A stretch of DNA of 64,000 nt, taken from positions 8,315 to 72,314 of the forward strand of contig CALXXV010000011.1 in NCBI GenBank assembly GCA_944392775.1, given 5' to 3'. Source of the stretch: an uncultured Alphaproteobacteria bacterium. GTDB taxonomy: Bacteria > Pseudomonadota > Alphaproteobacteria > Rs-D84. Below, one piece after another: positions 16,861 to 25,183 of the stretch. Under the pieces are notes generated by a model. That model ran no database searches, was not told where the DNA came from, and saw only the letters and a program-made list of their open reading frames with translations. Within the stretch, counting starts at the first letter, position 1. Each line of letters starts with the position of its first letter. Both the position numbers and the translations under genes were made by a program.

Positions 16861-19381
16861 AATATAATATTGGCGGGAAACAATCACCACCAGTTTCGGG
16901 GCAGCAATTAAATCCTTGTTCTCCCATATCTGTATATATTTCACCAGGGCAACATCCATATTCATCAGGTAATGTACCGTTTTCATCACAAGTAATGACA
17001 TTAACAACAGTTTCTTGTGTGCTTGTTCCTGATTCCGAAGATTGAAACGGATTTTGGATGGTCCCGTCTTCGTTATAGGTTAATCCAAGTATATCTTCAT
17101 TATAAGATTGACCGCCTTGGATGCCTGTTAATCCAGTCAAGTTTTGTTGATTATTATAGTTATCAAATGTTGAATCTGTACCATAAGTATTTTGGAAGTT
17201 TGTTTTTTGACTTTGATACAATGCATCTTGTTTTGCATTGTTTATTGCTTGATAACTGGCTGAACGACAATAGAATTCAACTGTGCTAAAACTATAACCC
17301 GCCGCATTTATTTCTGATAATGTCTGGCTATCTGTCTTTGCTTTATATGCACCGCTATCTTCATCCAATTCGCACCATTGTGCCATATTGAAGGAACGTA
17401 CCTGTCCAACCCAAGAACCGTCCGTGTAATCAACAAATACATTATTTGCCCAATTGTCATTACGTTGATTACGTGGGTCTTGTAAACCGGTTGCTTCTTG
17501 CATATTTTTTACAGAGCACTTTTTAGAATTGTCTTTACCACATGTTATAACAAGGTCTGTTGGTGAAAATACTGTAATACGAGTTCCTGCTGCAATAGAG
17601 AATGGAGGTACGGTATTTTCCATCATATCAACCAATAATTTCTGTGCGACTTGATTCCATGCAGTTATAATTTCATTTTTTGCAAGTTCAGAAGAACGAA
17701 CAGTACCAGATTGAACGACCGTATTATTGTCTAAATCGATTTGATTAATGAATGTATCTGATATTGGCGCGATCATATTTACAGCAGCAGGAACGATTGC
17801 CGTCAGCATCGGCATAACAAATTGTTCTACGTAATCTGTACTTCCATGTCCTGGTACACCAACGCGTCCTTGTGAATCACCAGAAAATGGAGTGTTTGTA
17901 CCCTGAAAGTTAAATTCCACGCCATTTGGTAATATAAATTGATACCAGTTTATATTCATGCGTCCAATTGATTTATAAGGTCCAGGTAGCTCACCATTAA
18001 GATAGCCCAACAAAAGTGTTCCTGCAGGAATAACAACTGTTCTGCCATTATCTGAATATACGTTTCTATCAACTGTTGCACGAACAGGTAACGATTGACT
18101 TGTACATACACCATTTTGGTTCATTGATGTACAATAAACAGAAGGGTCTGCACGAACTTCAGAAACAATAGTTGCGGGGATTGGTTTATATTGACGTAAA
18201 ACAAATGTTCTATCAAATGGGTCTGAAGAATAGGTCGCAATTTTGCTGCTTGTTCCAACAATAACATCATTATTTTGTTCTTGTTTTACAATATGAGAAA
18301 TAATTGATGTAGAAGGACTTGGAATCGGCAAAGACGATATTTCTTCGGTTGTTAACTGACGTGCTTTATTTATTACTTTTTTTGTTGTCGGGTTTGACAA
18401 CTGAGGTATTGTACCATTAGTTATGATAGAATATCCGATATGTTCGGCATCTGTTCCTATTTTTGTTGCCCGATCTTTTATATCTGTAATTATACCTGTG
18501 TTAGGATTGTATACACCTGTAGGAGTGTCACAATTTTTATCTGAAAAAGGATGAAAATAATAAGCGCCTGCTTCTGGTTTTATCCAACCGCTTTGAACAC
18601 CTGATAAGTTATATCCAGGAAAGGCGAAATCAGAACATGATTCAGCAGGTGTTTTTTCTTCTTCTATGATATTTTGTGACTTAGGTTCCGTTTTTTCTTC
18701 TATAAACACTTTTGCAGGAGCAATCGTTTCTAGTTCTTCTTTTATTTCTTGTTTGATGGGAGCTGTTTCTTTTTCTAATACAGGCTCCTCTTTAATAATT
18801 TCTTCTGTTACTGTTTGGGTAACGCTTTCTTTTATTTGCGTATCTGGTAATGAGGCATTAAGCTTTTCTGGTTCAAGCTTCATTTCTGCACCCACAACAA
18901 AAATAACTTTCGAAGTGGTTTTTATTGCGTCTGGTTCATTTATGCCACGCCAATCTATATAAAGCTCAACCGTTTCAGTTTTTATTTCTTCTGTAGGTTG
19001 ATAGTCTACAATTATTGTACAAGAGTTATTTAAGTCGACTTGACCTTTACGTGTACATGTTTCTTGTGGCACGTTAGATAAGCCATTTATATTTTTTTGC
19101 CAGTGTATATCCAATATTTTTGCTGGGGCACTGGAAGAAACTTTTATTGTTTGTTCTTCTTTTTCGCCTATTTTTGTGTCTGCCCAGTTTATAGAATCCG
19201 GCGATATATTTAAAGTTATTTTTAGTTCTTCTGAATTTTTAATTTCTTCCTTTTCTTTCTGGGTAAATAATAGCGTTAATAATATCAGTACAACAACAAA
19301 AGCGGCCGCTAATAATAGCCATTGAATATGTTTTGGAGTGCTTTTTCGTAAATCTGAAAATTGCTTTTTTATATTTTCCAT
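16859..19381 (-). CDS. virB10: VirB10/TrbI-family T4SS core protein, atypically large (840 aa)
   Basis: N-terminal TM. TrbI-type domain at about aa 395-612 (VRATVDRNVYSDNGRTVVIPAGTLLLGY...RMNINWYQFILPNGVEF...DSQGRVGVPGH, then antenna-like helices). Extra N- and C-terminal domains. Confidence 0.85.
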   Translation of the reverse strand: MENIKKQFSDLRKSTPKHIQWLLLAAAFVVVLILLTLLFTQKEKEEIKNSEELKITLNISPDSINWADTKIGEKEEQTIKVSSSAPAKILDIHWQKNINGLSNVPQETCTRKGQVDLNNSCTIIVDYQPTEEIKTETVELYIDWRGINEPDAIKTTSKVIFVVGAEMKLEPEKLNASLPDTQIKESVTQTVTEEIIKEEPVLEKETAPIKQEIKEELETIAPAKVFIEEKTEPKSQNIIEEEKTPAESCSDFAFPGYNLSGVQSGWIKPEAGAYYFHPFSDKNCDTPTGVYNPNTGIITDIKDRATKIGTDAEHIGYSIITNGTIPQLSNPTTKKVINKARQLTTEEISSLPIPSPSTSIISHIVKQEQNNDVIVGTSSKIATYSSDPFDRTFVLRQYKPIPATIVSEVRADPSVYCTSMNQNGVCTSQSLPVRATVDRNVYSDNGRTVVIPAGTLLLGYLNGELPGPYKSIGRMNINWYQFILPNGVEFNFQGTNTPFSGDSQGRVGVPGHGSTDYVEQFVMPMLTAIVPAAVNMIAPISDTFINQIDLDNNTVVQSGTVRSSELAKNEIITAWNQVAQKLLVDMMENTVPPFSIAAGTRITVFSPTDLVITCGKDNSKKCSVKNMQEATGLQDPRNQRNDNWANNVFVDYTDGSWVGQVRSFNMAQWCELDEDSGAYKAKTDSQTLSEINAAGYSFSTVEFYCRSASYQAINNAKQDALYQSQKTNFQNTYGTDSTFDNYNNQQNLTGLTGIQGGQSYNEDILGLTYNEDGTIQNPFQSSESGTSTQETVVNVITCDENGTLPDEYGCCPGEIYTDMGEQGFNCCPETGGDCFPPILY

Positions 19382-19403
19382 ATTTTATCCGCATTTACTG
19401 ATT

Positions 19404-20948
19404 TTATTGAACTCTAACTATGCTACAGCTTACACCTTGTGATTGAGTTAATTGGTTGCATAATTTTTGTGCAACCTCTATATCAGACAGTGGACCTATG
19501 CGCAACCTATATAATCTTGCTGCGGAAGAGTCTGCGCCTAATTCACCAACGCCTTGTTCGTCTACGGCAAAAAATACCATGTCTTTATAAGGTGCTAGAA
19601 TACCTTGACCATCTTCCCCGCTAAATTTAGCTAATAAAGTGGCCCAATAATCATTTAATGCTTTTACAGATGTATCTGATTTTAGTTCTATTGCAACGCC
19701 AGTCTGGTTTGATGTTATCAATGGTATGTTAGATTGCGGCAAGAAAGAACCAGCTGTTATACGTTCTGTCGGTATCATTGATAATCCACTTGAACTGCTT
19801 GAGCCATACGTCACATTTGGAATTCCATAACCTGCAGGCATGTAATAACCTGCTGTACTTGTTCCCATTGGATTATTTCCGACAAACATAGGGGTTGTTG
19901 TATAGTTACCAACAGATGCATTTATTGCTGAAAGATCTGCGTTATATGCAATATTGTTTAAAGATTGACCAGATAACATACTTTGTGCTACGTTCGCTTC
20001 GGCTAATGCCATAACAGATGCAGTATCAGCGATTAAGAAAGGCTTTTCACGTTTTTTTATACATACTATTCTTTGACCGCTACGAAGTACCATATCACCT
20101 ACGGCTTCTACTATTAAAAGTCTTCCGTCTTCACCATCTGTACGGAACCCTACCGGAGATTCACCCCCTTCAACTAATAATGATACAACAGGACGTTGCG
20201 TCATAGCAATAACTTTGTCCCCAAAATCAATGTAAGTAAATATTTGATCGCGCCATACACGTTCAGGGGCAATTACATAATCATCAGGATTAGGTACAAA
20301 TATATCTAAATCAAACCTAAATTCTGATGGGTCTATTTTCATTGATTTTATCCAACCATAATCTTCCCCATCAACACCAACTGTATTGTTAGATGATGAT
20401 GCTTTTTTGAATATTGATGCAGAACCATTAGAATTTGAAGTTGTATTAGATGCTGTTGGTAAAGACGTGTTCCCGTCCAAAATGACGTCTACTTGTGAAT
20501 ATGTAATTTCACTTGAGTTGGATGGTTCACTACGAAGATAAAATATATATTGATTTCCAGATTTTCCGGTAACAATGAAATTTGTATCGGAGCCTTGGTT
20601 GCTGGACTCTGGGCTAATTAGAATAGTGCTTCCGCCTGGTTGTGCGTCAAATTTGAATAAGCCTTCATTGCCGACGACTGCATCTGCAATTTGTTCGCCG
20701 TTTGGCAAAGTTATCATTGTGACCATACCGTTACGAAGTTTCACTGGTAACACACTACCTTTTGTCCAACTTAATTGCGCGTATCCGGGTTTTGTACTGC
20801 CTGCTGCCATATTGGCGGTCGGATTATCCCAAGCGCTTTGTACCCCATAATTATAACCGGTTACGTCTGCTGATAATGCCTGATTATTGCATAACATAAT
20901 CAAACAAATAATAGATACGTTTATTTTTAGTGCTTTTGAGAAAGTCAT
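19404..20948 (-). CDS. virB9: VirB9/CagX-family T4SS core protein fused to a C-terminal SPOR domain
   Basis: Signal peptide. VirB9 N-domain-like (VTMITLPNGEQIADAVVGN...TNFIVTGKSGNQYIFYL) and C-domain-like (IFTYIDFGDK...PVVSLLVEGGESPVGFRTDG...LIVEAVGDMVLRSGQRIVCI) segments. C-terminal ARLYRLRIGPLSDIEVAQKLCNQL...CSIV is SPOR-like. Confidence 0.8.
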   Translation of the reverse strand: MTFSKALKINVSIICLIMLCNNQALSADVTGYNYGVQSAWDNPTANMAAGSTKPGYAQLSWTKGSVLPVKLRNGMVTMITLPNGEQIADAVVGNEGLFKFDAQPGGSTILISPESSNQGSDTNFIVTGKSGNQYIFYLRSEPSNSSEITYSQVDVILDGNTSLPTASNTTSNSNGSASIFKKASSSNNTVGVDGEDYGWIKSMKIDPSEFRFDLDIFVPNPDDYVIAPERVWRDQIFTYIDFGDKVIAMTQRPVVSLLVEGGESPVGFRTDGEDGRLLIVEAVGDMVLRSGQRIVCIKKREKPFLIADTASVMALAEANVAQSMLSGQSLNNIAYNADLSAINASVGNYTTTPMFVGNNPMGTSTAGYYMPAGYGIPNVTYGSSSSSGLSMIPTERITAGSFLPQSNIPLITSNQTGVAIELKSDTSVKALNDYWATLLAKFSGEDGQGILAPYKDMVFFAVDEQGVGELGADSSAARLYRLRIGPLSDIEVAQKLCNQLTQSQGVSCSIVRVQ

Positions 20949-20971
20949 GCCTTTTCCTTCCGTTTCTTTTT

Positions 20972-21709
20972 TTATTCCGTAGTATTTTCCAAATAACCTG
21001 TATTCAATGGATCCCCGTTTCCTGATTCTATTTCATATTCAGAGACCCGAATGCCTAATGGATTATTTATACGATCGGACCATTTTATCGTTGCGCTGTC
21101 GTCAACATCTAATTTTATTCTTATTTTATACTCTTTTTTATCCATCTGTCTATCACTATCTGAACAAAAATAGTAAAAATTTACTAAGTATACGTTTTCT
21201 GAGTATGGTTCAAATGCATTATTGCCAAATTCTACAGAGCAAGAAAACTCAAAATCTGGTAGACCAGACATCCATGCATTCCACATATTGGTTTTAGTAA
21301 ATTCGTTATATACATCTTGTGAAGACCACTCGTATACAACACCGTCAATACCGTTGTTCCATTTTGTTCGCATTACATTTGCGTTTGGCACGATTTCGTT
21401 TCGTGCTTTAAGATATTCTCTTATAAATGCCCTTTTGTATCGGTTTAAATTTTCATCATTTGGAACCATTTCGTATAATAAAATTTGTAAGTCACTTTTG
21501 GGACTAGTTGTTAGAAAGAAGACTTGGGGTCTGTTTAGTGGGTACATGTTATATAACGTTACAACAAGTGCGCATAACACAACAAGCATTGCTACAAAAG
21601 TGAAAGTAAGTAGTCTTGATAGTAAAATTGGCGGTTCTACACGGTCTTGCAATGTATTCCTCTCTCTGTTATCAAGAAGATTGTAGAAAAAAATGTGATG
21701 ATAGTGCAA
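20972..21709 (-). CDS. virB8: VirB8-family T4SS inner-membrane protein
   Basis: Short cytoplasmic N-terminus, one TM and a periplasmic domain ending in the characteristic NPLGIRVSEY motif (compare NPLGF.V..Y). The TTG start is uncertain. Confidence 0.8.
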   Translation of the reverse strand: MHYHHIFFYNLLDNRERNTLQDRVEPPILLSRLLTFTFVAMLVVLCALVVTLYNMYPLNRPQVFFLTTSPKSDLQILLYEMVPNDENLNRYKRAFIREYLKARNEIVPNANVMRTKWNNGIDGVVYEWSSQDVYNEFTKTNMWNAWMSGLPDFEFSCSVEFGNNAFEPYSENVYLVNFYYFCSDSDRQMDKKEYKIRIKLDVDDSATIKWSDRINNPLGIRVSEYEIESGNGDPLNTGYLENTTE

Positions 21710-21882
21710 GTAAAAAGTACTCTAAAATCAGATTTAAATTAAAAAATCTTTCAGTTTTTACTTGCACATTAAATGTGAAACTTTTATAATACTTTCCACT
21801 TGATTTTTTGTATAAGTGTGCTATTGTAACGCAGACTATTGGGGTTTGGCGGTACAGCAGACGGTAAAAGTTATGTATAAAT

Positions 21883-21956
21883 AGGGGCATAGTTCAACGG
21901 TAGAATATCGGTCTCCAAAACCGCGGATGAGGGTTCGATTCCTTCTGCCCCTGCCA
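21883..21956 (+). tRNA. trnW: tRNA-Trp (anticodon CCA), CCA end encoded
   Basis: Manual cloverleaf: acceptor AGGGGCA/TGCCCCT, anticodon loop CTCCAAA, T-loop TTCGATT, 74 nt. It sits in the classical position ahead of secE-nusG. Confidence 0.95.
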
Positions 21957-21996
21957 GAATTCTGGGGTTTATATAGTCAAAATATAGGCAAGTTTT

Positions 21997-22176
21997 ATGA
22001 AAAAATTACTAGAATATATTAAGTCGGTTCGAAGTGAATGGTTTAAGATAGTTTGGCCATCTCGTGATGCTGTTATTAGGGCAACTGTAATGATTTTAAT
22101 ATTTTCTGGGTTGGCAGCGTTGTTCTTTTTTGTTATAGATAGCTGTTTAAATACAGTTGTTGGTTGGATTTTCTAA
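21997..22176 (+). CDS. secE: Preprotein translocase subunit SecE (59 aa, below the ORF-track cutoff)
   Basis: MKKLLEYIKSVRSEWFKIVWPSRDAVIRATVMILIFSGLAALFFFVID: the conserved E..KV.WP motif followed by a single TM. Conserved position between tRNA-Trp and nusG. Confidence 0.85.
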   Translation: MKKLLEYIKSVRSEWFKIVWPSRDAVIRATVMILIFSGLAALFFFVIDSCLNTVVGWIF

Positions 22177-22195
22177 GCTGGAAAAGGAAGTACTG

Positions 22196-22729
22196 ATGGA
22201 AGAAAAAATGCAATGGTTTGTCGTGAATGTTCATACGGGTTGCGAAGATAAGGTTGCGCGTGGTTTGCGTGAACAGATTGATAAACGTCGTTTAAATGCT
22301 TATTTTGGTGAAATACTTGTCCCCACGCGTGAGGTTACTGAGATAAAAGCTGGTAAGCGGGTAAAATCAGAAAAGAAGTTCTTCCCAGGCTATATAGTTG
22401 TTCAAATGGTTATGAATAATGAAACTTTTTCTTTAGTAAAATTAATGCCTCAGGTTGTTATGTTTTTGGGTGCAAAGAATAAGCCTATTGCTGTTACTGA
22501 AGAAGAAGCTCGTCGTTTATTAAAACAGGTTGAAGAAGGTTCGGTTGTTACAGAAGATGTTGAATATGAAGTAGGACAAGAAGTACATGTAATTGATGGG
22601 CCTTTTGCAGGTTTTAATGGTGTTGTATCAGAAGTAGATAATTTAAAGCAAAAAATGACTGTGACTATTTTGGTCTTTGGTCGTGAAACAAGTGTAGAGC
22701 TGGACTTTACACAAGTAGAAAGAGTTTAA
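22196..22729 (+). CDS. nusG: Transcription termination/antitermination factor NusG
   Basis: NGN domain (QWFVVNVHTGCEDKV) and KOW motif (GQEVHVIDGPFAGFNGVV). The ATG at 22196 follows GGAAAAGGAAG. Confidence 0.95.
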   Translation: MEEKMQWFVVNVHTGCEDKVARGLREQIDKRRLNAYFGEILVPTREVTEIKAGKRVKSEKKFFPGYIVVQMVMNNETFSLVKLMPQVVMFLGAKNKPIAVTEEEARRLLKQVEEGSVVTEDVEYEVGQEVHVIDGPFAGFNGVVSEVDNLKQKMTVTILVFGRETSVELDFTQVERV

Positions 22730-22815
22730 TCGGGAAACCGACGGGCGTGTGAAATGCGCGCGTGTGGTAGATAGCCATATCGGACCACAGACACAACGAA
22801 AAATGGAGTGAACAA

Positions 22816-23247
22816 ATGGCAAAAAAAGAAGTAAAAGGGATTGTTAAATTAGTAGTCCCTGCAAAACAGGCAAATCCTGCGCCTCCTATTGGGCCAGCGT
22901 TGGGTGCAGCCGGTGTAAATATTGCAGAATTTTGCAAACAGTTTAATGACAAAACAGCTGATAAAGAACCGGGAATGCCAATTCCTTGCATAATCACTGT
23001 TTATACAGACCGCAGCTTTGAATTTATTATGAAGTTGCCGCCTGTGTCATACTATATTAAAAAGGCATTGAAGCTGAAAATTGGTTCTCATAAACCTGGT
23101 CGTGATTTTGTTGGTACAATAACAAAAGCGCAGATTAAAGAAATTGCAGAAAATAAGATGCCAGACTTAAATTGCTCTACCATTGAATCTGCTATGAATA
23201 TTGTTGCGGGTCAATGCCGTTCTATGGGCGTAAAGGTGGAGGAATAA
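22816..23247 (+). CDS. rplK: 50S ribosomal protein L11
   Basis: [20 protein letters not shown] and full-length L11 similarity. Confidence 0.97.
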   Translation: MAKKEVKGIVKLVVPAKQANPAPPIGPALGAAGVNIAEFCKQFNDKTADKEPGMPIPCIITVYTDRSFEFIMKLPPVSYYIKKALKLKIGSHKPGRDFVGTITKAQIKEIAENKMPDLNCSTIESAMNIVAGQCRSMGVKVEE

Positions 23248-23250
23248 GAT

Positions 23251-23925
23251 ATGAAACTGACAAAAAGACAAAAAACTTGGGCTCAGTTGGATACAGACAA
23301 AGTATATACTTTGGCTGATGCTATTGAGGCATTGCGTCCATATTGCTCTAAGAAATTTGACGAAAGCTTAGAAATTGCAATTCGTTTGGGGGTTGATGTT
23401 ACAAAAGCGGATCAAAATATCCGTGGAATGTTGTCATTGCCAAATGGTACAGGTAAGACGGTTCGTGTTGCGGTATTTACTGTAAATAGCGCAGATGAAG
23501 CCAGAAAAGCTGGTGCAGATGTAGTCGGTGGTGAAGATCTGATTGAAAAGGTTGCTGCGGGTGAAATTAATTTTGACCGTGTTATTGCAACACCAGATAT
23601 GATGCCAAAGATGTCAAAAGTTGCACGTGTTTTGGGACCAAAAGGTTTGATGCCTAATCCGAAACTAGGTACTGTGACAAATAATGTTGCAGAAGCGGTT
23701 GCAACAGCTAAAGCGGGTCAAATAGAATACCGTGCAGAAAAGAATGGTATTATTCATGCAGGTATTGGTAAGATGTCATTTGCGACAGATAAATTGGTAG
23801 AAAATGCAAATGCATTAATAGATCAATTGAAAAAGGTAAAGCCTTCTTCTGTAAAAGGTCAGTATATTTTGGGCGCCGCGGTTGCTACGACTCAAGGTCC
23901 TGGCTTAAAGGTAGAAGTAAAATAA
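23251..23925 (+). CDS. rplA: 50S ribosomal protein L1
   Basis: L1-like sequence throughout, in the conserved position after rplK. Confidence 0.97.
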   Translation: MKLTKRQKTWAQLDTDKVYTLADAIEALRPYCSKKFDESLEIAIRLGVDVTKADQNIRGMLSLPNGTGKTVRVAVFTVNSADEARKAGADVVGGEDLIEKVAAGEINFDRVIATPDMMPKMSKVARVLGPKGLMPNPKLGTVTNNVAEAVATAKAGQIEYRAEKNGIIHAGIGKMSFATDKLVENANALIDQLKKVKPSSVKGQYILGAAVATTQGPGLKVEVK

Positions 23926-24139
23926 TAAAACGTGGTTGGGTAAAAATTACTCAACCGCAAACGAGATTTCTGTCCGAGACTGATGGTGCTTGAAAAGGCT
24001 TAATTGCCATCATAGACAAAGAAAAAAATTCTTTGGGGCAGAATGAAGGCCCCACTCGATGGGAACATCGAATGGAAAGTTTAACAAAACAGGGGGTTTC
24101 GGAAATTGTTTCTGAAATCTTGTAAGTAAGGGTAAAGAT
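23926..24139 (+). promoter_or_regulatory. Structured rplJ leader (candidate L10(L12)4 autoregulatory leader)
   Basis: A 214-nt untranslated gap with several consecutive stem-loops (GATGG..CCATC, GGGGC..GCCCC, TCGATG..CATCGA, TTTCGGAAA..TTTCTGAAA). Position matches known L10 leaders. Not covariance-tested. Confidence 0.4.
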
Positions 24140-24616
24140 ATGAGACGCGAAGAAAAATCAGATTTGATTTCAGCGTTGCAGTCATCCTTGAAAGAAGCAA
24201 ACGGTGTTTTCGTTATTGAAAATCATGGTTTGACAGTTAAAGAGATGGAAACTTTGCGTAACGAATTACGTCCATTGGTTTCTATTTTTAAGGTTGTTAA
24301 AAATCGTTTGATGAAGTTAGCGTTGAAAGACACTGACTTTGCACCTGTATCCGATATGATGAAACGTCCAACGGCGGTTGCTGTTGCAACAGATGGTTTG
24401 GCGGTAACCAAAGTATTGGTAAAATTTGCGGAAGAACATCCAAATTTTTCAATCATTGGCGGTAAAATGGATGCAGATGTTTTAAGCAAAGATGACATTG
24501 TGCAATTATCCAAACTACCATCCCTGTTGGAAATTCGTGGTACAATCGCACGTATATTGGTCGAACCAGCGTCACGTTTGGCACGTGTTTCTGCAGAGTA
24601 TGGAAAAAAGAATTAA
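24140..24616 (+). CDS. rplJ: 50S ribosomal protein L10
   Basis: L10-like sequence in the conserved position. Confidence 0.95.
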   Translation: MRREEKSDLISALQSSLKEANGVFVIENHGLTVKEMETLRNELRPLVSIFKVVKNRLMKLALKDTDFAPVSDMMKRPTAVAVATDGLAVTKVLVKFAEEHPNFSIIGGKMDADVLSKDDIVQLSKLPSLLEIRGTIARILVEPASRLARVSAEYGKKN

Positions 24617-24662
24617 AATATACCAGAATGTTAATATTCTGAATATTGTATAGGAGCAAAAA

Positions 24663-25028
24663 ATGGCAGATATTCAAAAATTAGTTGAAGAATTGTCAAA
24701 ATTGAGCGTTACGGAAGCTGTTGAATTGTCCAAAGCGCTAGAAGAAGCATGGGGCGTAAGTGCCGCTGCTGCAGTTGCTGTTGCAGCTGGTCCAGCTGCC
24801 GCTGCTGCTGAAGAAAAAACAGAATTTGATGTTGTATTGGCAGAAGCTGGTGCAAACAAATTGGCTGTTATCAAAGCAGTTAAAGATATAACTGGTTTAG
24901 GTTTAGGTGAAGCAAAAGCTTTGGTTGAATCTGCACCTAAAGCAGTAAAAGAAGCTGTTGCAAAAGATGAAGCTGAAAAAATGAAAGCTACATTAGAAGC
25001 AGCAGGTGCAAAGGTTGAATTAAAATAA
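24663..25028 (+). CDS. rplL: 50S ribosomal protein L7/L12
   Basis: Ala-rich hinge and a C-terminal domain ([28 protein letters not shown]). Confidence 0.97.
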   Translation: MADIQKLVEELSKLSVTEAVELSKALEEAWGVSAAAAVAVAAGPAAAAAEEKTEFDVVLAEAGANKLAVIKAVKDITGLGLGEAKALVESAPKAVKEAVAKDEAEKMKATLEAAGAKVELK

Positions 25029-25071
25029 TTCGCCTTTATTGAACTGATAAGTCGCGATAAATTGCGATAAA

Positions 25072-25152
25072 ACGCCGCCCATCTGGGGATGATTTTCTCA
25101 GGTGGGCACAAAGGCGTAAAATGATATAACGATTTTTTATCGTTTTCGTTTG
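25072..25152 (+). promoter_or_regulatory. rplL-rpoB intercistronic attenuator-like structures
   Basis: Long hairpin ACGCC-GCCCATCTG...CAGGTGGGC-ACAAA-GGCGT, then AACGAT-TTTTTT-ATCGTT followed by T-rich sequence. A partial terminator at this position is well known in E. coli. Confidence 0.4.
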
Positions 25153-25183
25153 CAAAACGCACAACAAAAAAGGATTGATACCC

